The position numbers and the translations under genes are program-made. Positions 13,323 to 50,691 of a stretch of 64,000 nt of DNA are shown one piece after another; position 1 is the stretch's first letter; each line of letters opens with the position of its first letter. The notes under the pieces are model-generated. The model worked only from the letters and a program-made list of their open reading frames with translations, was not told the DNA's origin and did no database searches. The stretch is from the human T2T-CHM13v2.0 reference genome, Homo sapiens. The stretch lies in assembly GCF_009914755.1 (NCBI RefSeq), contig NC_060927.1; one strand, given 5' to 3'.

Positions 13323-13709
13323 GAAACCCCAGGGTAGGTTTCTTCTGTCCAATCCCCTTACACATGTTTTTATGAGAATCTGTTTTTGAGCCATGAGTGA
13401 AATTAGAGCTGTTCTTAAGATATACAGAACTGGGACCAGGCTTCAGTGGGGAAGGAGTAACTTCATCTGCAACAGAAACCTGTAGCAAGTGGAACTGTCC
13501 TCCTAACCTGAGGCCTCTCTGCCTTTCCTTCCTTTTGTCCTTCCACACACCCCTACTCTGTCCTCTTGCTATGTCTTTTCTCTTTAAATGGAGATCCCTG
13601 GTCTTCCTTATCTCAGTGACTGACAATCACCATGCACTCAGTTGCCCAAGCCAGAAACCAGAGGCTAATTCTTAACTCTTCTTTCTTCTTACCCCTCACA
13701 TCTAAGCTA

Positions 13710-16330
<2,621 letters not shown>

Positions 16331-16379
16331 CAGTTGCTAGATTGTCAGCAGTACCCCAGTGTTCCTGTGAGACGTCTCA

Positions 16380-17400
<1,021 letters not shown>

Positions 17401-17779
17401 ATTGAAGGACTGCATCCTTTTCTGATTTCCCCACATGTCCTTGGAGCAGCTGCCTCAGCATAACAAAATGGCTGCAAAAGGCAGAAGCAATAGTGAGACG
17501 CTTGTCCTTAGAATAAATTGATAGAAATGAATGAAGATTAAGGAACAGGTTAAAAAAAAAACTGTGACTGGATAGAACATTTTCTTGGAAGAAATGAAGA
17601 AAAAAGAAGTAGGAGAGGAAGAGGAGAAGGACTAAAAGAAAAAGAAACAGGTATCAGCAATAACAGCTTTTGAGAGGAAAGAATTTGAAGAATTTGAAAC
17701 TGTTTAGAAGCAAAAAAACCACAAACTATTAGTGAAAATGATAGCCCAAAATAAGTGCAGGATGTGGTACAAACATAAA

Positions 17780-26060
<8,281 letters not shown>

Positions 26061-26102
26061 CTGTGTTTTATTTTATTTTATTATTTTATTATATAAAAAG
26101 GC

Positions 26103-29090
<2,988 letters not shown>

Positions 29091-30188
29091 AACGCTTATA
29101 TTTCTTATTTTCTTTTATTATTTTATACTTTTGACCAAGACCTCCAATAAGAATATTAAACAATACCTGTAAACCAAATGTCCACCTATATTCCTCTCAT
29201 TTGTCACACTACTATAATTAGAATTTCACTATTATTGGTGTGATTATTTTATTAACATTAATTTATCTCATTGTACTATAAGCTCCATGAAGACAGGAGT
29301 TATACCTGGTTTTTCTCATCCATTATGTCCCTGGTATAGTGCCTGAGACCTATTTATCTCAGTAAATATTTCTCGAATGAATAAATGAGTGGTCTAGGGT
29401 GATAACGAAAAATTGAAGAAAATAACAGGTGAAGGCCTTCTATTTCTTCCCTTGCACTTTCCCCCCACTCCAATACAAGCTCATTAACACTCAGAAGTAT
29501 ATGTATAAGTCAGGACATTTTGGTTGCAAATACCAAAACTTACTGACTAAATTAAACAACTGGGAAATTTACTGGAAGGAGGTAAGGGAATAGGGGATTG
29601 GTAATTAGAAGATGAAAGGAAGACTGGAAAACTAGGCTAAGAAAAGAGAAATTCTGAGAATGTAGAATAGATAGTAGAAATCACTCAATAGTTTTGTCAA
29701 GCTACTGCCACTGGAACTAATGAGCACCAACAATTTTCATCTCTTTATCTCTCTGATCGAGATTTGTATTCCAAGGAAGGAGCATCCAATTGGTACAACT
29801 TGAATCATGTGACTTCCCATGAACGGTCAAGAGCTGGACACCAGTGCAGTAAAGGTGACTCTCAAAAAAATAAGATGTGGTACTAGTACCAGAAAGAGGA
29901 ATGCAGGCCAAAAATAAATGACTTCCACAACTTCTGCCACTTTAAAGGTTCACCTGAGATATTGCCAATTCCAATACTTGGATAAACTAGAAACTAAAAA
30001 AAAAAAAAAAAAAAAAAAAGAGTTGGGGAGGGATAAGAGGATAAAGGGGTTCAGAACGAAAGCAAGACATCTCTGAGTATACCTTTCCATATAGTTTTGA
30101 CTTTTGAAACATGCAAATGCTTTAAAATTCAAAATTAAAAGAAAAAAGACAGAATAAGAAGGTGAACTTTCTTAGGCAGAAAATATAT

Positions 30189-30351
30189 TGTATTAGTCAA
30201 TTTTCACACTGCTATAAAGAATACCCGAGACCGGGTAATTTATGTAGGAAAGAGTTTTAATTGACTCACAGTTCCCCAAGACTGGGGAGGCCTCAGGAAA
30301 CTTACAATCATGGCAGAAGGAGAAGCAGGCACATCTTACATGGTGGCAGGC

Positions 30352-30395
<44 letters not shown>

Positions 30396-30590
30396 AAGAG
30401 AAGGAGGAACTGTCAAACACTTATAAAAACATCAGATCTCGTGAGAACTCACTATCACAAGAACAGCTTGGGGGAAGCCATCCCCATGATTCAATCGCCT
30501 CCCACCAGGTCCCTCCCTCTATGCGTGGGGATTATGGGGATTACAATTTAAGATGAGATTTGGGTAGGGATGCAGAGCCAAACCATATTA
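30189..30590 (-). mobile_element. THE1/MST-family solo LTR with internal (GA)n
   Basis: tgtattagtcaattttcacactgctataaaga...aaccatatta with a perfect 5-bp TSD tatat/tatat. Confidence 0.9.
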
Positions 30591-30599
30591 TATATACTG

Positions 30600-34364
<3,765 letters not shown>

Positions 34365-34434
34365 AGAAATTATCTGGGCTTTGGGTAGTTTCCTCCTGAA
34401 ACCATCTGGGTCAGGAGGTTCTTTAGTATGGCAA

Positions 34435-34670
34435 TCTTTCTTGCTTTTCTTTTTTTTTCTTTCTTTCTTTCTCTTTCTTTCTTTCTTTCCTTCCTTTCTT
34501 TCCTTTCTTTCTCTCTCTCTCCCTCCCCTCCCCTCCCTTCCCTTCCTTTCCTTCTTCTTTCCTTTTCCTTCCTTCCTTCTTTTCTTTCTTTTTTTCTTCC
34601 TTCCTTCCTTTCTATATTTGTGCCCTCTCTCTCTTTCTTTTCTTTTCTTTCTTTCTTCCTTCCTTTCTAT
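34435..34670. repeat. Polypyrimidine low-complexity tract (CTTT/CCTT/CT)
   Basis: About 235 nt almost entirely C/T. Confidence 0.95.
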
Positions 34671-34854
34671 ATCTGTGCTTTATTTCTTGATTAGGTAAGC
34701 TAGAGGATTATCTAGGTTTTTTGAGAAACATCATTTATTAACTCTAATATTTGTTTCTGCTTTTTTCTTTAATAAAAATTTCTGGGAAAAAAACAATAAA
34801 TGGCAGAATTTTTACAATTCAATTAAATCAGCAATCGGGGGCAATTCATAGCTT

Positions 34855-37538
<2,684 letters not shown>

Positions 37539-37620
37539 TCAATATGCAAAAGTCAGCAGGGTTATACTAATCTCAGCAAATTAAGATTGTACGTTTACCA
37601 ATGTTTAGTATTCAGAGTAG

Positions 37621-37667
37621 TTTATTTCCTGAAATCTTATATACCATCTTCAATTTCAATTTTTATT
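37621..37667 (-). terminator. DBR1: Candidate DBR1 polyadenylation signals (AATAAA at 37621-37626 and 37662-37667; another at 37904-37909)
   Basis: tttatt on + strand, 570-860 nt past the DBR1 stop codon. Confidence 0.55.
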
Positions 37668-38155
37668 TGACAGATATTAAAAGCTGATCAGGAAAAATAT
37701 TTATAATAAATGAAAAGAAAGCATACATCATAATATATACAAAGACTTGATTTTATAAAACAAAATATAATATAGCCATATTGTATACATCAAAATGTTT
37801 ACAGTGATAACAAGTCCTTGGAGGCAAAAATCCTTGTCTTACTCATCTTTATGGTCCCATATTATAGCAGAGTGCTTGGCACAGAGTAGATGTTAAGTAA
37901 GTGTTTATTGTAAAAATGGAAGTGAATAATGTATGTCTTCAAAAAAAAAGATACCCAGTCAAGTAAATATATGAAACTTTAATATGTTTGCATCTGAAAC
38001 ATACAAAAGCCTAAAGATAAAGTCAATATCTAACTAAAATTCTCTAATGTATCTTCATTATTATAAAGTTAAGTCTTTAGTCAAAAATTCAGCTCTAAAA
38101 ATACAGTCTCAAAAAATCACATATCTACATATAATACTAAGACAAGTAAATTGTC

Positions 38156-38445
<290 letters not shown>

Positions 38446-38480
38446 CAAAACAAACACAAAAACAAAACAAGTAAATCATC

Positions 38481-39174
38481 TTAAGCTGCATCATCATCAT
38501 CATCATCCACTGCAGCGTAAATGGCTTGATTCCTCCTCTTAATTTTCTTTCTTTGTTCAGGTTCATGTTCATCACTCAGCCTCTTCAATGGCACCTTGGT
38601 TAAGTCCTCTCCATTCCCTGACTCCACAGTCCCACCAGGTTTCCCCTCTCTATCAATTGTGGAATCCACCGTATCATCAGAAGATACAATCATAGAGCCT
38701 GGCAAGATCCTGACATCAGAGAAACTTGCAGAAAACTCAGAAGCTTGATCAGAAGGTTCTACCGATGGTGTATTCATGCCACTATGTGCACTTACAATAC
38801 TATCTTCATCTTCTTCTTCATCTAACATTATTTCATCTGGATTAATAGAAGACAGAGCAGATGTGTCTGTATTATATTCACTCTGGTCTTCTCCAGAGTC
38901 ATTACTCTCCACATCATCCTGTTCTTCATATTCACCACACACATGATGTTCTTCCTTGGACTTCTGAAGCCTAACATTGATGTCTATGATGCCAAGTTGG
39001 GCACAAAATTCAGTAGTCTGAGGATTGATCCTATGAATCAGCTGCATTTGTGTCTGTGGCTTGCTAGGATCATAACAAGCAGCTGTTACACTAAAGTTAC
39101 ATGGAACCTTGAGATCATGATTCAATTTTTCCAATACTTCTTTCATACCTTCTTCTGTTGCACTATAATCCCAC
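38481..39174 (-). CDS. DBR1: DBR1 exon 8 (694 nt; acidic C-terminal tail and basic NLS-like KKIKRRN)
   Basis: Acceptor ttatag|G TGG GAT, phase 2. Ends DDDDDDAA*. Summed exons 197+125+81+86+225+81+146+694 = 1635 nt = 544 aa. Confidence 0.96.
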
Positions 39175-39940
39175 CTATAAAAGTACAAAACAATAGCTTT
39201 TTACATTTTATCAGCTCTAAACAATAAATGATGAAATCTAATTACAGACTTCAGGTGCAAGGATAAAAAATAAGCCATCTATCAAAATTCCATTTTTAAA
39301 GTTAGAGTTAATTTAGCAAAGGACCATTTAGAAAAAAAAATAATTCTTAGAAAAAGCCATCTTTAACTCATACTCCAAAACAATTTTAATGTGTGGACTA
39401 TATCTTCACCATATCATGGTTTTATGTACACTTATTCACTTATAAATTTATTTGAGGTAATGCTCAACAGTCCATTTTCCTGTCTCTTTTAGATGGAAAA
39501 CCTGCAAACTTTGAATTGTTCTGACACTCATTCAACAATAATTCCCTTGATTAAAAACAAAGGTGGAGGCCAGATACAGCAGCTCACGCCTGTAATCCCA
39601 GTACTTTGGGAGGCCGAGGGAGGTGGATAGCTTGAGCTCAGGAGTTCAAGACCAACCTAGGCAACATGGGAAAGCCCCATCTCTACCAAAAATACCAAAA
39701 AATTAGCTGGGCATGGTGGTGCATGCCTGTGGTCCCAGCTACTCTGGGGGCAGAGGTGGGAGGATCCCTTTAGCCCAGGAGGCAGAGGATGCAGTGAGCC
39801 AAGATCCAAGATCACACCACTGCAGTCCAGTTTGGATAACAGAGCTAGACCCTGTTTCAAAACAAAACAAAACAAAGGTGGGAGATATAAAAATTATGCA
39901 TGCAATGGAAAAAGCAGGTCCTAAATAAAGTCTGACTTAC

Positions 39941-40086
39941 CTTGCATGCAGGCCATTATTTTCTGGCATATTCCACAGGCGCCCAGTCACATTAATAAGA
40001 TCATCCGTAGCCCTGAGAATAGTGAGCCATTCAATATCATATTCCAAGTAATCAGGAGCACTGGGGTCATGTTCTATCTCTAATAT
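39941..40086 (-). CDS. DBR1: DBR1 exon 7 (146 nt)
   Basis: ctgtag|ATA TTA GAG...[27 protein letters not shown]...GCA AG|gtaagt. Confidence 0.95.
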
Positions 40087-40369
40087 CTACAGGATGAAAT
40101 CAATGTTAAGAAATACATATATATTTTTAACAGTCTAATCACTTTAATATAATTTAATAAAATAAAAAGGAATTTAATTTAAATTTAATTTCAATTATTT
40201 AATTTTAAATCAATCCATTTAATTTTAAATTAATAAGTAAGATACCCCCAAAGAATTCTCAGAATACATAAATTACAAACAGAACAAAAAAATTCCGAAA
40301 GGAAAATTATATTTTTTTAAGTCTCTGGAAGAGTACAACTATATTATAAAGCCACTTCACTCTTCTTAC

Positions 40370-40450
40370 CTGAAGAAAATCTCTATGTGGTAAGCATTTG
40401 TCCAAGGCTAAAAATTTGGTTGCTCTGGCTGTCTGTCCTTTATCCTTTGC
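40370..40450 (-). CDS. DBR1: DBR1 exon 6 (81 nt)
   Basis: gtccag|[27 protein letters not shown]|gtaaga, with the conserved Dbr1 motif TKFLALDKC. Confidence 0.95.
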
Positions 40451-41200
40451 CTGGACAATATGAATCATGATTTAAGAAAGAATGTTAAAACAACCACAGG
40501 TGATTCTTCATACACGGAATAGGATGAAAATAATCTTTATCACACATACCCCTAAGTTGTGTGTCAAAGGAATGACTGTTACTTTTCCAAAATTAAGTTA
40601 ATTCTATACCCACTTGTGTGATAAAAGAGAAGGCATTTAACTTCTCAGACCTTCAATTTCCATACAAAATTCAAGGCAAAAACTAATGATGATGATGACG
40701 TTAACTCAAAGCATTGAACACACATAAATCAAAGCATATAACCCAAGGATTAAAGATAAACAAAAGAGCTTAAAAGTAAACTGGCAGAACTTAAACTATA
40801 CAATTTTTAGAAGAACCCACAGGAGAAAATCTTTGTAACTCTGGGTTAGGCAAAGATTTCTTAGCTACAACACCAAAAATAGATGTGATATATCCATAGA
40901 ATGAACTATTACTCAGCAGTAAAAAGGAATGCAATATTTATACATGCTACAACATGAGTGAATCTCAAAATCAAGCAAACGAAAGAAATCAGTTGCCAAA
41001 GACTATATATTTTACGATTCCATTTAAATGAATGTTCAGGAAAGGCAAATCTATAGAAACACAAAGCAAGTTAGTGCTCCCCTGGGGCTGAGGGCAGGAA
41101 CAAGGATTGCCTTCAAGCAGGCACAAAGGATCTTTGGGGGTGATGGACAAGTTCTAAAACTAGATGATGTGATATTAGCACAACTCTGGAAATTTACTAA

Positions 41201-41389
<189 letters not shown>

Positions 41390-41392
41390 TAA

Positions 41393-41542
<150 letters not shown>

Positions 41543-41822
41543 TAATTTTATGCTATGTAAATTATACTCCAATAAAGGTTTTTTTTTTTCAAAAGTGAAT
41601 TGACAGAAAGAAACGTGGAAAGAATCACAAACATGTAGGTCATTTTGGAAAAGGTTAAAAAAACTTTCCCCAGCATCTCTAGTTAAAACCTGAACTCCAG
41701 AGCATGGCCTCTAAAAGGCAGTTGTGATCTTGTTCCAGCTTCATCATGGAGGAAAAAACACAAGGAAGCAAACTATGGTATCTCCTGCTGAGGACCAAGC
41801 AACAGTTCAGTTCTGGTGAGGT

Positions 41823-42020
41823 ACAAGTTGAGTATGCCTTATCTAAAATGCTTGGGACTAGAAGTGTTTTAAATTTCAGATTTTTTCAGATTTTGGAATA
41901 TTTACAGAATACATACTGGTTTAATATCCTTAATCCAAAAATCTGAAAATTGTGTGTCATGTCAAAAATTTCAGATTCTAGAGCATTTCAGATTTCAGAT
42001 TAGAGATGCTCAATCTGTAT
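41823..42020. mobile_element. Tigger4/MER46-like DNA transposon remnant
   Basis: caagttgagtatgccttatctaaaatgcttgggactagaagtg...gatgctcaatctgta has terminal inverted ends. Confidence 0.65.
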
Positions 42021-42133
42021 TAAGAAAAATGGAAGGCATGGCCAGGCGCGGTGGCTCATGCCTGTAATCCCAGCACTTTGGGAGGCCGAGGCGGGTGGAT
42101 CACGAGATCAGGAGATCGAGACCATCCTGGCTA

Positions 42134-42619
<486 letters not shown>

Positions 42620-42879
42620 TTAAAGTATACCTCTAACACAGAAGTGTTTGGTTAAGTAAGTCTGGGAAGCGTCACATTCTACTCTTGAGAAAGGCAATGC
42701 CCATTAGTGCAATAAAGACTCTCAGAAATTCTCTACATGTCTCCAAGAAGAAATCTGTAACTCTGTTAACCCAGCATTTTCTACACAGTTTTCCTATGGA
42801 CTACTTTATGGGAAAGTCAGAGTTCAGCCAGAATCAGAGGTGAAAGGAAGAAATGCATACTTCCATAGAAGTTTCATTA

Positions 42880-43655
42880 TAAGTATATATTTATTTTCTA
42901 CCTTCCATCAAGTACATCATCCATGCAGTTAAGCAAAGAAAACTGGGGGTCATCCTGGACTTCTTTCCTCCCTCAGTCACCAAATCGCAATGATTCTCCT
43001 TCTAAAATCTCTCTAGAATCTGCTTCATTCTCTGTATTCTCTCTTTGCCTTAGGTTAAAACCTTTTCTTTTACATAAATAGCCTGCTCTGCCTCCCATTT
43101 TACATTACTCCAATCCATACACAACAATGCTGTCAAACTAATCGTTCTGAAATGAAAATCTGATTTCATCACTCCCCAAATTTCCCCATCATCTTTGGTT
43201 AAAATCATAACTCCAGAGCATGGCCCCTAGAAGGCAGTTATGATCTTGTTCAAGCTTCATCAGTCCCTATGCCTTAGTCCCACAGGAACTACCTACAAGT
43301 CCCCAAACACCCCATGCTCTCAGACCTCGAGCCTCTGCACATGCCAGTCCCTCTAAATAAAATACCCTTACAATGTGTTTCTTCCTGGCACTTCAAGACT
43401 CAGTTCAGCTATCACCTTTTGAAAACCTTCTCTATCTTCATCTCCCATGTTCCCATCCCACCACAGTCTGGCTTAGGTGCTCCCACTGCCTACGTTTTCT
43501 CTCAAACTTATTATACTGTTTTGTAATTGCTTGTCTTTCCCAGAATCATATATTGAGCTACTCACAAGAGGTAAGTTATCTTTTACTTCTTTCTCTAACT
43601 TTACAACTGTGTCTGGTCCATAGATGTTCAATAGTGTGTGTTAAATGAAAGAATA
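42880..43655 (+). mobile_element. L2 element in DBR1 intron 5
   Basis: ggggtcatcctggacttctttcc...cttcaagactcagttcagctatcacc...gtccatagatgttcaatagtgtgtgttaaatgaa. Confidence 0.65.
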
Positions 43656-43672
43656 AACATTTTGTTTTCTAC

Positions 43673-43897
43673 CTGATGCTGCATCAAGGCGGCAAACTTC
43701 ACATGAAGGTGGGCAGAAAACCAATAAGTAGGTTTGAGATGCTCTAAAAGCTCTGAGGCAGCTGGACTTCCTAATGTGTTATTTTCCACTTCTTGTCGGA
43801 AAAAAGATTTAGTCTTAAGAAGTTGCTTCTTATTTCCATAATGATATATACTTCTTGGCCAATCATGAGACAAGAATATATCTATAGGCTGCTTCAG
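43673..43897 (-). CDS. DBR1: DBR1 exon 5 (225 nt; SHDWP and SAHLH metal-binding motifs)
   Basis: gaaag|[18 protein letters not shown]...[20 protein letters not shown]|gtagaa. Confidence 0.96.
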
Positions 43898-44194
43898 CTT
43901 TCAAAAGAGAAAAAGAGAAAGAAAGAAAACTCTTAAAACAGATTAACCAAAACAATCCCCTCCCTTCTCTCTACCACCATACAACCATTCACCCACTGAG
44001 ATCTCTAGAATTCTGTATAATTCATTCTAAGGACACTTTAAGAGAGTGATAAAAATACTAGGCAACTCATTCATCTAGGCAAAGAGAAGCTGCATTTTCT
44101 CTGCTCATAAATCATTCTTATTTTCAGTGGCAAGGCAAGGCAATGGAGACAGACTCTGATTAGACTGCCAGTCATCTAAGATCTTTAGCACTTA

Positions 44195-44589
<395 letters not shown>

Positions 44590-44946
44590 CTAGATTTCAC
44601 GAGACCTCTAACATGACTGATTCAGTAAACCCAAAGATTTACCAGGAAAAAAAAAATTCTAATAGGCTCACATAGTATACACTAAAAAACTGTGTTTACT
44701 ACATAAATTAGTATTTCATTAAACAACTTAAGGAAACAAAATATACTCCAGACTTTACTTATCCCCAGAACCTTCAAGTAATCTGAAACGAATACTTGAA
44801 AAATGAAATTAAAACAACTTAAATACCGGCTGGGCACAGTGGCTCACGCCTGTAATCCCAGCACTTTAGGAGGCCGAGGTGGGTGGATCGCCTGAAGGTC
44901 AGGAGTTCGAGACCAGCCTGGCCAACATGGTGAAACCCCATCTTTA

Positions 44947-45225
<279 letters not shown>

Positions 45226-45247
45226 TCAAACTAGGGTAATGACTCTA

Positions 45248-45400
<153 letters not shown>

Positions 45401-46159
45401 TTAGCTGGGCGAGGTGATGCATGCCTATAGTCCAAGCTATTCGGGAGGCTGAAGTGGGAGGATCACCCAAGCCTGGCAGATTGAGGCTGCAGTGAGCCAA
45501 GCCATGATCATACTACTGCACTCCAGCCTGGGTGACAGAGTGAGACCTTGTCTCAAAAAAAAAAAAGAAGAAAACTCATGGTTGGGAAATGGCATCTAAG
45601 TTGGGTCTTAAAGGACTGGTAGGATTTAGATAGGTGAAAGAGAAAATCTATTTAAGGGAACTGTATGCACAGGGCATAAAAGAAACACTTGCAAGAATTG
45701 TTAGACTCCTGCAGAGGCTCTAGAGACAGTGTGATGGGCATGAGTGCAGTCAGGCAGGCTCTACCACTAAACTTTGGGAAGTCCTGGGCAGGTTACTTAC
45801 CTGTCTGAGCCTTGGCTTCTCATCCTTAAAGGGATGAAGTTAAGAGTTACATCTATTTCATAGGGTTTGAGTGGAGATTATATGAAATACCAAGTGTGAA
45901 GTCTGTTTAGCCCAGTGTCAGCCATGTAATGGGTTCTCAAACAACCTAGTTTCACCTACTCTGCAATTAAGCAGTGTTTCCATACCACCTTCACAATTTT
46001 CCCATTTCCTCTATCATCTTTACTATTACTTATTTTCTATTTAATACCATTACTTAATTACTATTACATAAAATAAAATGTTTATTTCAATATTTTCTTT
46101 AAAATATCACTTTAACATTTTATTTTAAATATCACTTTAATAGGTATTCTTTAGCCTTA

Positions 46160-46545
<386 letters not shown>

Positions 46546-46698
46546 TCATCTGTGAACCTCCTAAAAACTCAAGATCCACATTTTAAAAATACAGAATTGC
46601 TCTTCTTGAAAGTAGTATACCAATATGACCAAAATACATTTTGGCACAGAATTACTTTAAAATGTTTTCAAGTCTGCTGTAATGCGCTTTTTACGTAC

Positions 46699-46784
46699 CT
46701 GTTTTAATTTATAGACTTCAATATTTCTCACATGATATATACTCCTGATTGTAGATGAATTATAAGGGGGGCACTCAAAATGAC
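46699..46784 (-). CDS. DBR1: DBR1 exon 4 (86 nt)
   Basis: tctaag|(G)[28 protein letters not shown]|gtacgt. Confidence 0.95.
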
Positions 46785-47960
46785 CTTAGATTGAAGCAGA
46801 AAAATAAGCTATATTTAATTTCCTTAAATACTGCAAATACAAAGACATATACACAGGTCTCCAAAATATCATGTACACCTTCAATATATACGATTTTAAA
46901 AAGTTATCTAGGGAAATTTTTTAAAAAGATGGTGGACTGCAGTCTCCTTCCTTTGCAGGCTCAAATAAGGGTGTATCTGCTTTCTAAGGTCCCACACATG
47001 GTTGCTGGCACACTTCAGTTACTTTCTAACTGTTGACTAGAGACTAGTTCCTTATGCTCCCAATATTAATAAAATAACAAATTATTGTTGTTTTAAGCCG
47101 AAAAAGAAATATGTGTATTATATGCATAAATGATATCCCTGAGATAAAATAGAAAAACCTGATAAACAGCTTCCCAAAAGTGGTTCCAATTTGTACCCAC
47201 ACCTGCCACAGAGAAGACAGCCTATTTTGTACCTCCATTCCAACAGTTTAGAATAAGAAAGAGCCAAGTGGCAGGGAACAGACTTGTAACAGTTACATTC
47301 AGGATGTAAGTTTTAGCTGTCAATGTAATTCATGAAATTTGTGAAATCGATGTGAATCCAAGCTATTCCTTTAACTTTGAAATCAAAGTATAATTCATTC
47401 AGACACAATGAAATTAATATGCAGTTGTGATATACTTATATAATGGAATACTATTCACAAATGAACAGATTAGATTACATGTATCAACACAGACTTCAAA
47501 GCATGTTAAACAAAGAAGCAAGTTTGAGAAAGATACAAGCAATACGATACATTTATATGAAGCTTAAAACAAGTACATTGTTTAAAGTTCTTACATATGT
47601 GGTAATGATGTAAAATAATCAAGTAAATTATAATCACCAAATTCAACACAGTGACTGCCTGGCAAAGAGAGGGAGGGAAGAAAAGAAGGGAACGGGATTG
47701 AGGACAGATAAACAATGAACTTTAATTGTATCTATACTGTTTTATTTCTTAAAAATAAAAATAAAAAAATAGCAAAATACAGGCCGGGCGTGGTAGCTTA
47801 CGCCTGTAATCCCAGCACTTTGGGAGGCAGAAGTGGGTGGGATCACTTGAGGTCAGGTATTCGAGACTAGCCTGACCAACATGGTGAAACCCCGTCTCTA
47901 CTAAAAATACAAAAAAATTAGCCGGGCGTGGTGGTGGGCGCCTGTAATCCCAGCTACTCA

Positions 47961-48065
<105 letters not shown>

Positions 48066-48224
48066 TCAAAAAAAAAAAAAAAAAAAAAAAAAGCAAAATA
48101 CTAAGACTTGATAAAACTATATCGAGGATACAAAGATATATGAAAGAGTCAAAGTACATATCATGCTTAACTTACTCTGGGGCATGCAAGTTCTAAAGTT
48201 TAAAAATAATTCTCAAAACAATAC

Positions 48225-48305
48225 CTTTTCGATAGTCATGAGATTTAAAGATACCAGAGATTCCACCGATCCTTACACCTCGGTATTTTACCACACCAGC
48301 CAAAC
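48225..48305 (-). CDS. DBR1: DBR1 exon 3 (81 nt)
   Basis: gtttag|(G)[26 protein letters not shown]|gtattg. Confidence 0.95.
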
Positions 48306-48955
48306 CTAAACAATACAGTTAAATAAAATTACTGTAGGCAAAAGGAATCTCTACACCGACTGAATAAACCATTCCATTTAGATGGAATTCCACACAGTTC
48401 TAAAATTATTTGAAAATTAAGCACCATGATGAGGTTATGCTTTTTACATAATAATATGCCAACAGTGTATTAGGGATATATTATAACAGTATATAAAGGC
48501 AAGGTCTGGAATTAGATGAGCCAAAACACTAAGTAGATTCTGGAAGGGACAAATGAGATAGGGTACTGAAAGTGAAACAGACATAATTTGGTACCTAACT
48601 GAATACACGGGTGAGGTAGTGGGAGGTGGAAAATGTCCTATGATGGATTTACATGTATAAACCTGAAAATCAACAGGTATAAGGTATAAAGAACCTACAG
48701 CTTCTAGTTTCATTTCTGATTGATCATCTTCTGACAATTTCACTTCTTCACAATATTGTAATATAGGATGAATACATCAAAAGATGATCAGTAAGTAGCA
48801 AAGTAGGGAAACTAAATTTCTGAAATATGATCTCATCATTGGTAAAATCTATAAACTGTTCTAGAAAGAATATACATTTAAATAAAGGGATGAAGCTGGG
48901 TGCGGTGGCTCATCCCTGTAATCCCACCACTTTGGAGGCCCAGGTGGGCGGATCA

Positions 48956-49246
<291 letters not shown>

Positions 49247-50098
49247 TCAAATCTGAAAATCTAAAAGCAGATTATAGGAAATGCAAAGGATAAAAGGAAT
49301 CCAATCAGCTAAATCCTGAATGCAGGAAATGCTGCAAGACAAATTTCCTGTTTTCTTCAGCAAGTAAATGGCATGAAAAAGCGAGACAGGGAGACTATTT
49401 TAGTCTAATAGACTTCAGAGTCATGACAACCAAATGAAATGGGCTGGCCTTGTCTGGGTCCTATTTAAACCAATTGTAAAGCAGACATCTTTACATTAAG
49501 CAGGGAAATCTGACCACGAACATGGCAATAGATAATGATTACTTCAGTTAAGTATAATAACAGTACTGTAGTAGTATTTTTAAAGATCCTTATCACTTAA
49601 AAACATGTACTGAAATATGTATAAGTGAAATAATCTAACGGTTGGACTTGCTTTAAATACTCTAGTCATCTCTTCCCACAAAAAAAAAAAAAAAAAATCC
49701 AGGAGATTGCAATATAATAGTCGTTGAAGCTGGTTAACAGGTACTGAGATTCATCATACTATTCTCTACTTTTGTGTATGCTTAAGAATTTCTATTAATA
49801 AAAGTTTAAGGTCTTTTTTTAATTCAATAAAAATTGTAAGAAAAAATGAAGGGACTACAAATAGTGTGTGAGGTCTTTGCAATTATATTAGCTAGTGCTT
49901 AAAACACTAGATGAAGGGCATATTTTCATGATCAACCATTTAATAATTAACTATCTTAATTAAATTTTCACGATTAAGTATTTAAATTAATGACATTCTC
50001 CAAACACCATACATGTCAAGACACAGTCCAACTAACGCAAATCCTGATAAGCTCTTCCATCCCAGGAAAAAAAAGTATCCACAAACACAATCACATAC

Positions 50099-50223
50099 CT
50101 AAATAATAAATGTTTGGTGCCACCCAGCCACCATAGGGTAACTCTTGCAAATGATTTGAGGCTTCATGGTTTCCCCCAATGAAGAGCGTGAGAACTGGAG
50201 CCTTTTTCTCTCCAGAGTAATAC
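50099..50223 (-). CDS. DBR1: DBR1 exon 2 (125 nt; GNHE catalytic motif)
   Basis: ttctag|(R)[41 protein letters not shown]|gtatgt. Confidence 0.97.
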
Positions 50224-50487
50224 CTAGAACATAAGAGCAAAGTCAGTTACCACAATTAGGCATAGCAGAAAAGCAAATAAGTTCCGAAAAAAAAAAAGAA
50301 ACTGAGTTCATCATAAAAAGTTAAAAAGCTCTTTCAAAAGGAATTGCCTGGGGCTGGGCGCGGTGGCTCCCTCCTGTAATCCCAGCACTTTTGATGGCCG
50401 ACACAGGCGGATCCCCTGAGGTCAGGAGTTCGAGACCAACCTGGCCAATGTGGTGAAACCCCGTCTCTACTAAAAATGCAAAAATTA

Positions 50488-50691
<204 letters not shown>

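Noticed and set aside
39175-39188. MYFY start of the 235-aa ORF as an independent gene
   Set aside because: It is the intronic extension of DBR1 exon 8.
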